DNA of 64,000 nucleotides from Paraspadella gotoi (GCA_051294375.1 CM119265.1:19020631-19084630), one strand, 5' to 3'; numbered from the stretch's first letter, positions 38,681-54,697 are shown. Numbers and translations: made by a program. Notes: a model not told the origin generated them from the letters alone.

Positions 38681-38838
38681 ACTCGATAAATAAGAGAACA
38701 ACGATAGAGAGAATGAGAGGGACAAGAGAGAGAGAGAGAGAAGTACGAGCCATCACTCCTGGGTGCTTCTCTTCCTCCTCCTCTTCCTCCTCCTCCTTCT
38801 CTTCTTCCTCTATCATCGTCTGTTTATGCTACTCATAT

Positions 38839-38953
<115 letters not shown>

Positions 38954-40907
38954 TTCTTCAGATATTTTCCCGTTTTCTTGGCGGCGTCGACGTCGTCGTC
39001 GTCTGCGTCGTCGTCGTTTTCCCCAGGCGGAGGAAAACGGTGGGACGTTTCAACGAGAGGAGGAAGAGGAAGAGGAGGAAGCGAGGGAGAGGGGCGCTCG
39101 CGAGTACCGAAGCAGAGGAGGAGGAGGAGGAAGAGGAGGAAGATTTGTTAGGGATTTCGATACTCGTTTTGATGTCTTTGATATTCTTCTTTCTTTAAAG
39201 AGAGAGAGAAAGAGAGANNNNNNNNNNNNNNNNNNNNNNNNNNNNNNNNNNNNNNNNNNNNNNNNNNNNNNNNNNNNNNNNNNNNNNNNNNNNNNNNNNN
39301 NNNNNNNNNNNNNNNNNNNNNNNNNNNNNNNNNNNNNNNNNNNNNNNNNNNNNNNNNNNNNNNNNNNNNNNNNNNNNNNNNNNGGGATCGCAGCAAATGC
39401 GCTTGAACTAAAATTAGAGATTATTACTAATTTTTATTATAATTATTATTTAATTATTAATTATTATTTATAATTAATAATTAGATATTTTATTTTTTAG
39501 TAATGTTAGTTTACGGTTACCGATAAAACTTCAATACAGCAACGGTTACTGTAAAAGGAATTTAAAAATAATATGAAATGCAACAATAAATATCATTTTA
39601 TTAAAAAATCCATATGAAACTGAAGAAGTGACTCTGTCAAATAGAAGTAACCCAAGTGTCGTCGTCGTCGTCGTCGTCCATTGTCATCGTTGGCCGAAGC
39701 ATTCGATGGAATTCTTTCTCATTTTGATGTTAATCTTTTTCTTTTCCTTTTTTCTTTTATTTTTTCTTTTTCTTCCTTTTTCTTTTTTCTTTTTTTTTTC
39801 TTTCTTTCTTTTTTCTTTATTTTTTCTTTTTTCTTTTCCTTTTATTTTTATTTTTTTCTTTTTTCTTTCTTTTTATAGGACCTTGGATTTTGAGATTGTC
39901 GCATTCCGACTGATTTTATCGTCGTCGATGNNNNNNNNNNNNNNNNNNNNNNNNNNNNNNNNNNNNNNNNNNNNNNNNNNNNNNNNNNNNNNNNNNNNNN
40001 NNNNNNNNNNNNNNNNNNNNNNNNNNNNNNNNNNNNNNNNNNNNNNNNNNNNNNNNNNNNNNNNNNNNNNNNNNNNNNNNNNNNNNNNNNNNNNNNNNNN
40101 NNNNNNNNNNNNNNNNNNNNNNNNNNNNNNNNNNNNNNNNNNNNNNNNNNNNNNNNNNNNNNNNNNNNNNNNNNNNNNNNNNNNNNNNNNNNNNNNNNNN
40201 NNNNNNNNNNNNNNNNNNNNNNNNNNNNNNNNNNNNNNNNNNNNNNNNNNNNNNNNNNNNNNNNNNNNNNNNNNNNNNNNNNNNNNNNNNNNNNNNNNNN
40301 NNNNNNNNNNNNNNNNNNNNNNNNNNNNNNNNNNNNNNNNNNNNNNNNNNNNNNNNNNNNNNNNNNNNNNNNNNNNNNNNNNNNNNNNNNNNNNNNNNNN
40401 NNNNNNNNNNNNNNNNNNNNNNNTCGTCGTTGCTTGAAATATTGTAATTGTTATTAAAATCGTGTTAAGCATATAACTATAATCGTCGTGTTATCGTCGA
40501 TTGCTCGTCGTCGTCGTCGTCATCGTCGTCGTTGTCATCGCTTCAGCCGCCGTCTACCTTCCAAAGGGAGAAAGAATGAAACAAAATCTTTTTCTTTTAA
40601 ATCTTTTCTTGATATTAAAAAAAAGATTTTAGTATTTGTAATACTTTTTTTAATGGCTACTTTCATTTAGTTTTCCTTTCTCCCCCTCTATCTATGACTT
40701 TTCTATTCGTATATTTCCATGTTTTCTATTACAATTTTTTCTTTTCTTTTTTCAAAATCTACCTTTCTACCTCTCTGTTTTTCCTCCTATTTATCCGTTT
40801 CGAGCTCTAAAATCTTTTATTTTTCGTGGATAGTCTAAATTTTCACGATCCTTAGCGAAGCTTCAGAATCAAAACATCAATTTTAGTTCTCCTTTTTGTA
40901 AACATCG

Positions 40908-40957
<50 letters not shown>

Positions 40958-42743
40958 AGAGAGAGAGAGAGAGAGAGAGATGAGAGGAGATAAGAGAGAG
41001 AGAGAGAAAGGGGGGGAAGGGGCTGAAAAAAGATCAAAGTTTCCCAAACTATCGACTTCTGTTGATTCTCTTTGGATTTCGTCGTCGTCTTCGTTGTCGT
41101 CGTCGCTTAGGCCGAAGAATCCAGAATTTTACGCAACTTAACAATATTTATTTGACCATGATTTAGAAAAAAAAGAAGTGGGGCGGGTCTCGGCGAGGGG
41201 GGGTGGTAATGCCGCAGGGATCGAAGACTTGTACCTTCAAGCCCTCAGCCCTCCGGGCACACTGGTATCTCTTCATTTCGCCCTCGAGATGCGCCTAGGC
41301 TGAGATCGAAGGGGGGGGCTTTCTCTGAGTCACGAGTCGCGTTTTCGTCGCGAGAGAAGAAGATTTAGAAATCCAAGTATTTTAATTATCTCTCGTTTTC
41401 TTTTCAATTCTTCTAAATTATTTCAATATCTCTTAATAACTGATTTTACATTAATACATTATATTAATGATAACTTCTATTCTAATGTTTTTAATCTCTC
41501 CTCATTTTTTTCTTCTTCGAAATGCCAGGCGAGCCCGAATGCCCCCGAGGGTTGAGGACACAACGACGAGCGTCTTAATTCAATATCTCCTTAATCAGTT
41601 CATCACTTTATATCAAGTCTCAGCTAATTTCCACTTAATCTCGAAAGAAAATGGATTTCGTTCAATTCTCTCTCGTTCGGGGAAACCGCACGTGTTCGTA
41701 CAATGAGTTTTGTTTTTTGAACAACGAAGCGGCAGAGTATTTGCGGTATTTTCGGAAACACGAATCTTGGGCCGCGTCAAAATAATGATACGAGCTTCGA
41801 TGGTCAAGCGAATTCGGTCCTGAGAAAAATATCGAAAAAAATCTAAATATTTCCTAATTATTCATGCTAATGATGAGTCAGGTGTCGCGATGTCCTGACA
41901 CTTCAACGTACACCTAAAAAAACTGTCCGCGCAACCAATTAAATTTTTAACCTTCTCGGGGAAAAATATTCCCGTCCGCGACCTTGCGATTACACCCACG
42001 ACAACGGGATCCTATTACATACGGGCTACTGAGGGGGGAGGAACCGGATCGATTAACGAAGGATGAATCATCATGGTTGTAATTTAAAAAAGTACTACGT
42101 AGAGAGAGAGAGAGAGAAAAAAAAGATGTGAGTTCATTAATTACTCACATTTTCGAGGTTTAATAAACATCTTCGATTCACTCGATACTAATTTTCTTTC
42201 TTTTTTTTTTTTTTTCCTTTGTGGTTCCCCAGAAAATTGAAGACGAAATTTAAATCTAATTAGGATGATAAAAAAAAAAAGTAGGCGATTGGCGAGGGAA
42301 ATATTAGGGAGGCCGGGGAGAAGAAGAAGGAGGGGAGGAATACAAGGGGAGGAAAGGAAAGGAAAACCAAAAGATATTAGGGAGAGGTGCGAAATTAAAA
42401 ATCACAAGTACAAAACAGTGAAGGTTATAATGACGAAAAGAAATGGTTTATGATCAAATTAATAAGTAAATCAATTATGATTGCAGATTGCGGAAGAATA
42501 ACAAAAAATGAGGGAAATAAAAAATACAAAAGAGACTCGGAACAATTTGGAGAAAATAATAAGAAATAGAAAAAAGTAAATAAAAAAAATGAAAACAAAA
42601 TAGAACAAGAAGAAGTGGAGGAGGAAAAGATGAAGGCGAAGAACGAAATGAAGAACGAAATGAAGAACAAAGATGAGAATAAAGAAGAAAAATCTTGACA
42701 GGAAAAAAAAAAGTTGATATAATCGGTGGATTTTTCTGGGGTA

Positions 42744-42803
<60 letters not shown>
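42744..42803. repeat. (TCG)n trinucleotide microsatellite
   Basis: About 20 perfect units; shorter GAC/GTC runs recur throughout the window. Confidence 0.95.
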
Positions 42804-42804
<1 letters not shown>

Positions 42805-42977
42805 ATGTCGAGGTATCGAAGTATCGCCTTGTCGAATCTTCGACTTGAAAAGGTTCGAAGTTCGTGAGTCTCAGCGAAAAATTACCGAAAGATAACGATT
42901 TTTTTATTTGTATCATTATTTTTCCTCCGACGAAGGAGAGGCCCATTTTTAGGAATTTGCTTCTTCCTTATCGCCGC

Positions 42978-43021
42978 GATTGTGGGAATCGTGGTGACTG
43001 ATTGTGGGAATCGTGGTGACT
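42978..43021 (+). repeat. Perfect 22-bp tandem duplication containing TGTGGGAA
   Basis: gattgtgggaatcgtggtgact occurs twice in tandem. Confidence 0.9.
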
Positions 43022-43098
43022 GGAGAATCTTTAAAACTCGTTTACTCATTTTTATTTTAACGATTATTAGGAATTTGTGGGGAAGTTGTTTTTTTTTA

Positions 43099-43793
43099 AA
43101 TGGAGTCGTAGTGGTAGCAACTATTGTGTAAGATTGTAATTCTAGGTTTGCGTTGATTATTGACTGAGTGTACCCTAAAATGTAGCAAAAATATTAAAAT
43201 CGAGTAGAATAAATAGTAGCATATGAACAAGCTTGTACCTCTGAACATTTTTAAATAACAAAAAAATATATTTTTAAATTTTTGCATACGCCCTATACTA
43301 TACATAGTACTCACCATAGAAAATGTTAAAATTTTAAAATTTTTTTTCCTATTTTTGAAAGCAGGTTCACAAAAAGTTGATAAGAGGAAATATAACTCTT
43401 TTTAGAAAATTATTTCTTTAAGTGGGTCAAAATCCTAAAAAAATTGTTATAATTTAATTTTAGTATAAAAATATAGGTTTTTTAAATTTTTAGCTAACTT
43501 TATGAAAGAATTTTTGATTAAGACTTATATTTTTTTTACCAACTTTTTATGAGGAATTCGAATCTGCTTTCAAAACTAAAAAAAAACTATTTTTAAATTT
43601 GACATTTTCTAAGGTAAGTACTATGTATAAATATGGGCGTATGCTAAAAAACATTTTTTTTATATATCAATGTTTTTAGTACAAGACGGTTCAGGAACAA
43701 CTATTCGAATTTTTATCTGCAACTTTCACTGCGCCTTAGTGTTCACGCATTTAAATTTTTTTTGCAACATATTTCTCTACTAAAAGTTCCATT
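43099..43793. mobile_element. AT-rich palindromic (foldback/MITE-like) non-autonomous element
   Basis: Left arm tttttgcatacgccctatactatacatagtactcaccatagaaaatgt (~43279-43326) matches the reverse complement of acattttctaaggtaagtactatgtataaatatgggcgtatgctaaaaa (~43602-43650). Further arm matches lie inside (ttttgaaagcag...aaaaagttg) and outside (aatagt...tgaac...cttgtac). No ORF; ends are approximate. Confidence 0.65.
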
Positions 43794-44056
43794 GTCTAAT
43801 TATTATTAAATTATAGGATTGGGGTGAATGACACTCGAGTTATTTTTAACTCGACGATTTCTGGGATTCACAATTCGTGATAACTGCTTCGTCAAAATCA
43901 CAAGAAATTCGGCACAAAGTTTAGGTTGATAAATCACGTGATTTTGGGTGACTGAGCAATTTTGAACAATTTTGGTAACAACGCAATTTTCCACATGTGT
44001 AAAAATGGCTACTTTCAAACAATTTAATATGTTTAATTAAGACAACTTATATCGAG

Positions 44057-44057
<1 letters not shown>

Positions 44058-44101
<44 letters not shown>

Positions 44102-44122
44102 AATATTATTATTATTATTATT
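44058..44122. repeat. (ATT)n microsatellite
   Basis: Read directly. Confidence 0.95.
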
Positions 44123-44587
44123 TTCATCATCAAAAAGTCGTTCTATAATCAAACTACAAATCAAAAGTTTCTTTTGGACGAATCGCTCCACGACTTTAAT
44201 CGAGAGAGCAGAGCTTTAATTTTAAAAAAGCAAATCTAAACAAAACCAGAAAAATGTGATAAATTAACTTTTAAGCATAACATTAATTGCGTGTATAAAT
44301 CATTAATTGCGTGTATAAAAAAATGGACCCGCAACAGACGCCTCGCGGGCATCTCTAAACAACAAGCCCCCCCAACCGCCCCTTGTCCCTGGAACTTTTG
44401 CATCGATTTCCTCAACTTCTTACTTCCCTTTTGTTCCGCCGTTCTTCGTCATTCTTCAGTAGAAAAAAAAGTTTGATCTGCTTGTCCAGCGCGATTTCAA
44501 CGCATATCGCATACTCTCTCATATCTCTCTCTCTCTTCTCTCTCCTCGTTCCTCTCTCTCTGCCGTCTCTCTCTCCTCTTCTGCCGT

Positions 44588-44618
<31 letters not shown>

Positions 44619-44865
44619 CTTCAGTTCTCTCCCCTAGTTTTTCGTTGTGAACCTAAAAAATCAATATTAGAAGTGTCTCGTTGAAAGAAAAAAAAAAGAA
44701 AAACAAGAAGATAAGAAATCATGAAAGAGATAAGGCAGATCTTCAAAAAATAAACCTCACTTTTTCTCTCCCTATTTCACTCCAATCTTTGTGTACCTCT
44801 CTCTCTCTCTCTCTCATCTCTCTCTTGCTCCTCTCTCCTTCTGCTCTCTATCTTCTCCTCTCTTT

Positions 44866-44897
<32 letters not shown>

Positions 44898-45576
44898 GCC
44901 ACGCCTCGTTTATTCTTCTGCGTTTTGTTGTTCTTTTTCTCCGCATCGATCTTAGAGGGTTTTTTCTTTGGTCGTCGTCGTCGTCGTCGTCGTCCGTGTC
45001 GTCGTCGTCCGTCGTCGTCGTTTCGCTACATCGTTTCCAAGCGTCGGTTCGGAAACTTTTTCCTCTCTTCCGCCCGACGACCCGCGATGGCGTCTATAAG
45101 TCATCCTGAGAGTGTTTAACATGAACAACTCTTCGACGAAGGCGACGGCGAAACGGCGCTATATTCCTGTTTTAATCGCGCGTTGCTGTTTTTTTGTTTG
45201 TTTATGTTTCGCGGGGTGAGGGAGGAGGGTAAGGGGAGGGGAGTAGAGGGTGGAGTCGGACATTGGTTTACGTGTTTGTTGAGAGGGAAAATTTGAAACT
45301 GGAACAGTACATGTCAGATGTGTTCAAGGCTTTTTTTTATATATAAAAAAATCAAATAAAAAAAAAAATAAAAAAAAAAAAAAAAAAAACTGTTACTTTT
45401 CTGTTTAGTCTGTCCCCCATAACGGATGGTGTTCCTTTACATGCCAATTAAATTGTTTCACGTGGTCTTTATTAAATCCTATCAAATCCGGATTCTCAGC
45501 CGAGACTCCGTTTCGGTTCCGTCATCTCTCTCTCTCTCTCTCTCATCTCTTCTTCATCTCTCTTCTCTTCTCTTTC

Positions 45577-45641
<65 letters not shown>

Positions 45642-46379
45642 TCTCTCTCTCCTCTCCCTCTCTTTCCCCGATAATTCCCAACTTTCACCCCCTTTCCACA
45701 TTTCCCTGCTCTTTTCCTTCGATTTCCCTAGGGGCCTCTTTCTTCGGGAAATCTGTCCTCCCTTCCCTTCAGCCCCGGGGGCCTTTTAAATCCCCGTCGC
45801 GGTTTTGCTTGTCTCCTGCGTGTGGTTCGCGTACGCTGGGCATTGATTTGGAGCGCGTTACCGGAAGAAAAGGGAGGGAAGAGAAATGAAAGAGAAGAAA
45901 GAGTAGGGATTAAGGAGAGGAGAGGAGCAGAGGAGAGAAGTGAAAGGAGAAGGAGAGGAAGGCGCGGACAAGAAACGAAAAAAACCAACCGAGAAAACCT
46001 GGCAGTTTGGGTAATGATAGATGGTATAAGATGGGATGAGAGAGTGAGAGAGTGAGGAAGAGATGAGAGAGGAGAGCTGATCCAAGTCGAAAAAAAAATT
46101 GGATTGAAGAAAGATAGGGGGAGAGAGAGAGAGAGAGAGAAGTAGTGAGAAGAGAAAAGGCGCTTGGAATCCAAGAAACGAAAAAAAAACCCCAAATGCG
46201 TCGATGATAAAAACTCTGGGGAGTTCTTGCCGTTTTGGGTACAAGTGAAGGTGCAATTAAGAGGGATGATAGATAGAGAGAGATGAGGATTGAGAAGAGA
46301 TAGAGAGAAGAGAGAGGAGAGGAAGAGGGAGAGAGATTTCGAGAGGAGAGTCGAGGGTCAAGGAAAAGTGACGGATCAA

Positions 46380-46410
<31 letters not shown>

Positions 46411-47016
46411 GATGATTAGTGGCGGTGGAGGAGCGCGTTTGTTTCGCCAGCAGCAAAATCATCGACGAGTCATTTGACTCCGGCGTGAAAGTCTCGAGGT
46501 TCGATGTCTTCATTCTTAAAGACGTACTGGTTGCACGACAGATAAAAGACGACGAGATAAAGACGATGTGCTGAGAATATTTCGTGGCCTCAAAATGAAG
46601 GAAAGCCCTGTAAATTTGAATCGGTAACGCATCTCTTTTTTCGCCGCCGGAGTTTTGGCTGTTTTTAACGAAGGAACGTGACGAAAGGTAGTCGTGATTC
46701 CGGACGGCGTCGGCTTTAGTTAGTCATTAGGAACGGAGGCGATGCAAACTTCTTGCGGTTATACATCTATTACCCAATTATACAACTTATCATTATTACA
46801 AGATTTAAATAATTTGAAAGACAATGGGCAGAGAAGAATAGTTTGGGAAATGACGAACTCGGTTGGCATTTTACACTGAGGTATGGCAATTGTGGCAATG
46901 GCAGATGACTAGGAGAGAGTCAAGAACTTATTCTTTATCTACTTAGTCTTAGTCTTTGTCATTTGGTCAGAAGGGCAAGCCCTGTCCCGCCCAATGCTTT
47001 GTCGTTAGCGCCATTC

Positions 47017-47030
47017 CCATCAGGGGGCGC
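47017..47030 (+). promoter_or_regulatory. CTCF-like binding motif
   Basis: CCATCAGGGGGCGC is one mismatch from the bilaterian CTCF core CCACCAGGGGGCGC. Motif match only. Confidence 0.4.
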
Positions 47031-47309
47031 ATTAGTTTTACAAAAAGTGGTTAAGTCAACCCGCACAAGCCGGCGAAGGTGAGTTATCAGCGTCATTTGC
47101 GGGTGGAATCGCCGTCGACGGGCGAGGTCGGCGGAGTGTGAACCAGACGAAGACATCATCGTTGACGAAGATTTGATCTCTATTGAAATTTACTTTTGAG
47201 TTGTGGAGTTGGATATGTAATTTAGTCATAATGCAACATGTGCAAAAGCAACAGCAGAGATTGACATATTATTTTCGTGCTACATTATTTCTTTATTTTA
47301 TCAATGGAT

Positions 47310-47346
<37 letters not shown>

Positions 47347-47420
47347 TCTCTCTCTCCTCTCTCTCTCTTCTCTCATGTTTTAAACACTGGCCTTAGCTCT
47401 CACTTTTGCTCTGAATATAT

Positions 47421-47452
<32 letters not shown>

Positions 47453-48157
47453 TCTCTCTCTCTCTCCTCTCTCCTCTGCCCTCGTTCCGACGATTTTCCA
47501 GTCGCTAGGAAAACGAGCGCAACTTTTCCTGGGGAAATCTTATTAGCGCCCGTCGTCCGAGAAAGCAAAGTGAACGAAGTAGCAGAGAGAGAGGAGAGGA
47601 TGGAGAGAGACGTAAGATGAGAGAGACGAGAGAGAGAGAGACGAGATGGAAGACGAGAGAGAGACGAGAAAGAGCGAATCAGAGTAATTATCGGATTTTT
47701 ACCGTAAGCTAAACAAAAAAATGCGGAAAAACAAAGAGGGTGAGTGAGCGATAGAGCGAGCCAGAGAAAGAGAGAGAGCGAGAGAGAGTCGGCGAGGGGC
47801 CTTCTTTTTACATCTTCTCATTAACCGGTTTTGTCTTCTCGACTTCCGATTTTAGTTCTTCGGTTCCCATGATTAAAATCGAAAAAAAATCTTTCTTTTT
47901 TTATTTTCGATTTTCTTTTGTTTTTTTTGAGCATGTTAATTCCCTTTATGAGAGAAGGTTAGCACAAGCGATTCCCGGTTGGGATGTAGCATTTCCTCGA
48001 TCCTCATCCTCCTCTTCCCTCCCTCTCCCGAGATCCGTCCTTTTTGTCCACTCTCGCGAGCTCGAGTTCTACTAACTTCCTTTTTTTCTAATACTATTCC
48101 GGCCAGGGACTTTTCCTCATAAAACATTACCGTTGCGATATACGTCTTCTTCTTCAG

Positions 48158-48205
48158 TGGCGCCCAATGTGGGGCTCGAACCCACGACCCCAGGATTAAG
48201 AGTCC
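48158..48205 (-). pseudogene. tRNA-Lys(CTT) 3' fragment with genome-encoded CCA
   Basis: The minus strand reads GGA-CTCTTAA-TCC TGGGGTC GTGGG-TTCGAGC-CCCAC ATTGGGCG CCA. This gives the anticodon loop (CTT), variable loop, T arm, acceptor 3' strand and CCA of eukaryotic tRNA-Lys-CTT. The D arm and 5' acceptor strand are absent. Confidence 0.85.
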
Positions 48206-48735
48206 ATAAATATTTTTATGGTTATTTAAAATTTTAAAAATTATAAATTAAATAATATAAAAAAATATATTTATTTAAAGGTTTTACCTTATCTTTTATA
48301 TTTTAACTGGTAAACTATTTGAACTATTAGATCATATAATCATAATTTAAATTTTATATTTAATACTTGTTAAAAAGAATAAATACAAATATTTTAAAAC
48401 TATTAAAAAAAATTAAATTATTATAAAAAATATTAATCAATTAGTATTATGTTTACGATGAAAGCGATTCACGCGCATTATCGGGACCACTGTTTTTTAA
48501 CCCCTCCTTTTTATTTTTCTTTATTCTTCGAAAAACAAGAGGCGAACCTTGATTTTTTTACGAGTTCTGACGGAACTGATGGGCAGCGGATTAAATTCAA
48601 GGGGCGACGATGGGGTGAGGAGGGTAAGTAGACCTTTCCTCGGACGCGACCTCGTCCCGAGGGGTAAGTCACCGGAATTTGGGGCGCTGGATGAGTTTTA
48701 ATCCCCGGGACGACGTTTTTAACGAGAATGACAAG

Positions 48736-48781
48736 GATGGGGGATCGGAGATGGGGGATTGGAGATGGGGGATCGGGGATC
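48736..48781. repeat. G-rich 14-bp tandem repeat (GATGGGGGATYGGA)
   Basis: gatgggggatcggagatgggggattggagatgggggatcggggatc; four G-runs give G-quadruplex potential. Confidence 0.8.
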
Positions 48782-49022
48782 GTAGATCTGGGTTCTAAGG
48801 TCGAAGCTCCGAACGAAACAAAGGAAAATCGTGGAGAAGAAGAAGAAGAAAACAACAACAACCCTCAAACAAAAACAACAACAAAGCCTGCCTCCACTGC
48901 ACCCATCGCGCATCTTTTCGTCCCCCCCTTCTCTTCCCCCTCCGACCAAGCGCCGAAGTAATCGAATCAAAGACCTCCCTTTGTTCTCTCCCTTTCCCTC
49001 CTCTCTGTAATTACTTCTCTCT

Positions 49023-49109
<87 letters not shown>

Positions 49110-50632
49110 GAATTAAAAAGGGATTCCGATTTTTTTTCCGCGTCGTCGAGCAAAATTGAGGTAAAATTCATAATAATAAAAGGGACGGATTTTTGTTGGT
49201 TGTTTTTTTGACGACGACGACGACGACGACGACGACGATCGTTGCGCGGCGAAGGAAGTCGGGATTAGGGCTGAAGTCGATCGTTGATCTCGACGGGAAA
49301 ATATTCTTCTTTCTCTTCTTACGACCAGTGACAGCGCACTGCGCCGTTTGCTACGTACATAGAAATTATGTAATATCAACTATTGCTCGGGCATAGAGGT
49401 CCTGGAAAGAGCATAAAAACTACAAGGATAACTTAAACGTCTAAATTAACGCTAATTAGGAATAAGGGAAATCCTCACTTGATCGACCTTTTTCTTTCTT
49501 ACGGAAAAAAAAATCCTTGAAATCATAGTTAACTTAATCTAATTACTAAATTGAGGAAAGACGAAATCATAACGCGGCCGCTTTTGGCACCTAAATTCTC
49601 ATCAATCGTTACTATGTATATATAAATAGATAGTCGAGAGTCAAAAACCTCCCTAATTCTTATTTCCTTCTTACCTTCTTACCTCATTCTATTTTCATTT
49701 CCTTTAACTCCCGTTCCTTCATCCCATGCGCACACACCCAAGAGCCAAGTCACCCACAAACACAAAAATCCCGCTCGTCCGAGTGACTAGAAAAAAAAAT
49801 GAAATAAATAATAGTCGGACGGGTTGGATTGGAACTCCGGACCCCGGCGACCGTAAGGAAGGTAGAGCAAAAGTGTCGTGCGTGACTCTGTTCCCGATTC
49901 GAGGGTCCTGCGATCGACTCCGATCATGGGAAAATATCTTTGGAGCGCCCAAGCGTCGGGATCCCCTTAATGACTCTCTCCAAGTCGTCGTCGTCATCGT
50001 CGTCGTCGACGTCGCCGAACCCCTCAAAAAGATATGATATGAAATTTAGTGAAGCGTTGAGAGAGAGAGAAAGAGAGAGAAAGAGAGAGAAAGAGAGAGG
50101 ATGAGCTTTGGGAGACAGAATATGATTATTCTTGTTTTGAAACAAAGGGATTTTTTCTTTTTTCGCTTTCATAATTTTATTACGGGATCAGGAATTATGA
50201 AAAAAAAGGACGCATGAGTTGAGTCCGTAAATCGCCACTAAACTCGACAGGTGGAAATCCTTCAAGAAAAAAAAAATGCCAGGGAAAGGAAAGTTTTCGG
50301 TTTCGTCGGGAATGAAAACCGTAAATCAATGGGGTCGTCTTTTCCGATTAGGAAGAATGAAGTATTAAAGTATTAGAGGCAATCGTCATGGTGACTCTCT
50401 CGCCTTCCGATGGGGAATTATTCAACTCTCGACAGGCGAATGACCGTCTTTGGATATCAGGCGATTAGTGAAGAGTTAGGTTATTCAGATTTCTTGTACT
50501 TGAAGTTGTATGTAAAAGATCTATCCTTTATATAATCTTATCACCGAAATACGAACCCGTTTTTGACCCTTTTGAGGAAATCGTACCACGAAGGGAAGAT
50601 CCTGACGGAAAATCAACGAGATAACGAGAGAG

Positions 50633-50708
<76 letters not shown>

Positions 50709-51505
50709 ATAACTAATTGTCAATTTGTGATTTAGCGTTGAGGCAGAACAAATTAGTTGACGATAAAATTCCAAATTTTCAGGACGATTATTACGACGAC
50801 GACGACGACGATGACGACGCTCATCACGACGCGTTGATAACGTGACGATCATGTCAATATCGTAACGTTGATGACGACGACGACGACGACAGCCAAGGTA
50901 AAACTTCTTTCATGAATCACGTTATCCAAGCTTATTTGTCTACGTCTACGTAGCTTTTTAGAAACTGGTGATTCCGTTAACAAAAACTTGCACTTATGTT
51001 ATTTTTACTAAACAATTTTATTATTTGCGGTAAATCACTTGACATCCGCGTATCGTTTTTATGATTACACTTCTCTTTTAAGTTTTGATCTTCAGATGAC
51101 CAAAAAAATGTTTCATTTTGGTTTTCACGAGAAGTCGCTACTGAACATTGAACAAGTTAATTAGACGAGGTTATTATTATAATCTTAAACGAGACATAAA
51201 CAGTAGGATGTTTCTACTTTCTAGCATATTGATGAAACATAAAAAATATAAAAACAAAATGCAGTTATTACGGCTATTGATTTAATTTTAAATGTGATAA
51301 GCTGACGTTAGATAAAAAATATTTAATAAATCATCATGTGTGGGTAAATAACTATATATATGTTTAATTTCTCAGCATCTCTTCGCCACCTTATTTTTTT
51401 AGAAGAATAAATATCTAATATTAAAATTAAACGTCTCGGCTCATTTAAAATTGTGGTTTTGTGGTTTTTGGCTCTCAAGGTCGAGCGAAATAGCACAAGA
51501 GTCTC

Positions 51506-51513
51506 TATAAATA
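51506..51513 (+). promoter_or_regulatory. TATA box of the cathepsin L-like gene
   Basis: CTATAAATA lies 78 bp upstream of the ATG, with an Inr-like TTCACT ~28 bp downstream of the TATA. Confidence 0.65.
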
Positions 51514-51583
51514 CGAAATCGGTCTCACTGATTTCACTCACATCAAATTCTCCGATTTTCACTTCGCTTAAAAAAGTCACACG

Positions 51584-54471
<2,888 letters not shown>

Positions 54472-54691
54472 CTCTGAGTTACTTCACTGTCGAATTTGTA
54501 TTTTTGTGAACTGACTCAATTGTACCAAGTTGTTCTTTGACTATTGTTGAATCATTATGGATTTTTTGGCTAGTTTTCGTTGGTTTAAAATTGAAGTGTT
54601 CTAAAGATTTTATTTTGAGATCATTTTTTTTTTAATTGAATTAAAATCTCTCGTTTCACTAACTTGGATTATTATTTTTCTCACAAAAAAC

Positions 54692-54697
54692 AATAAA
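54692..54697 (+). terminator. Candidate polyadenylation signal of the cathepsin gene
   Basis: First AATAAA downstream of the stop codon, ~220 nt after it. Confidence 0.5.

Noticed and set aside
48158-48205. Functional tRNA-Lys gene
   Set aside because: The 5' acceptor strand, D arm and A-box are missing.
48158-50500. Intact LTR retrotransposon or endogenous retrovirus downstream of the Lys PBS-like motif
   Set aside because: No gag/pol/env ORF and no second LTR are visible; AT-rich and microsatellite DNA follows.
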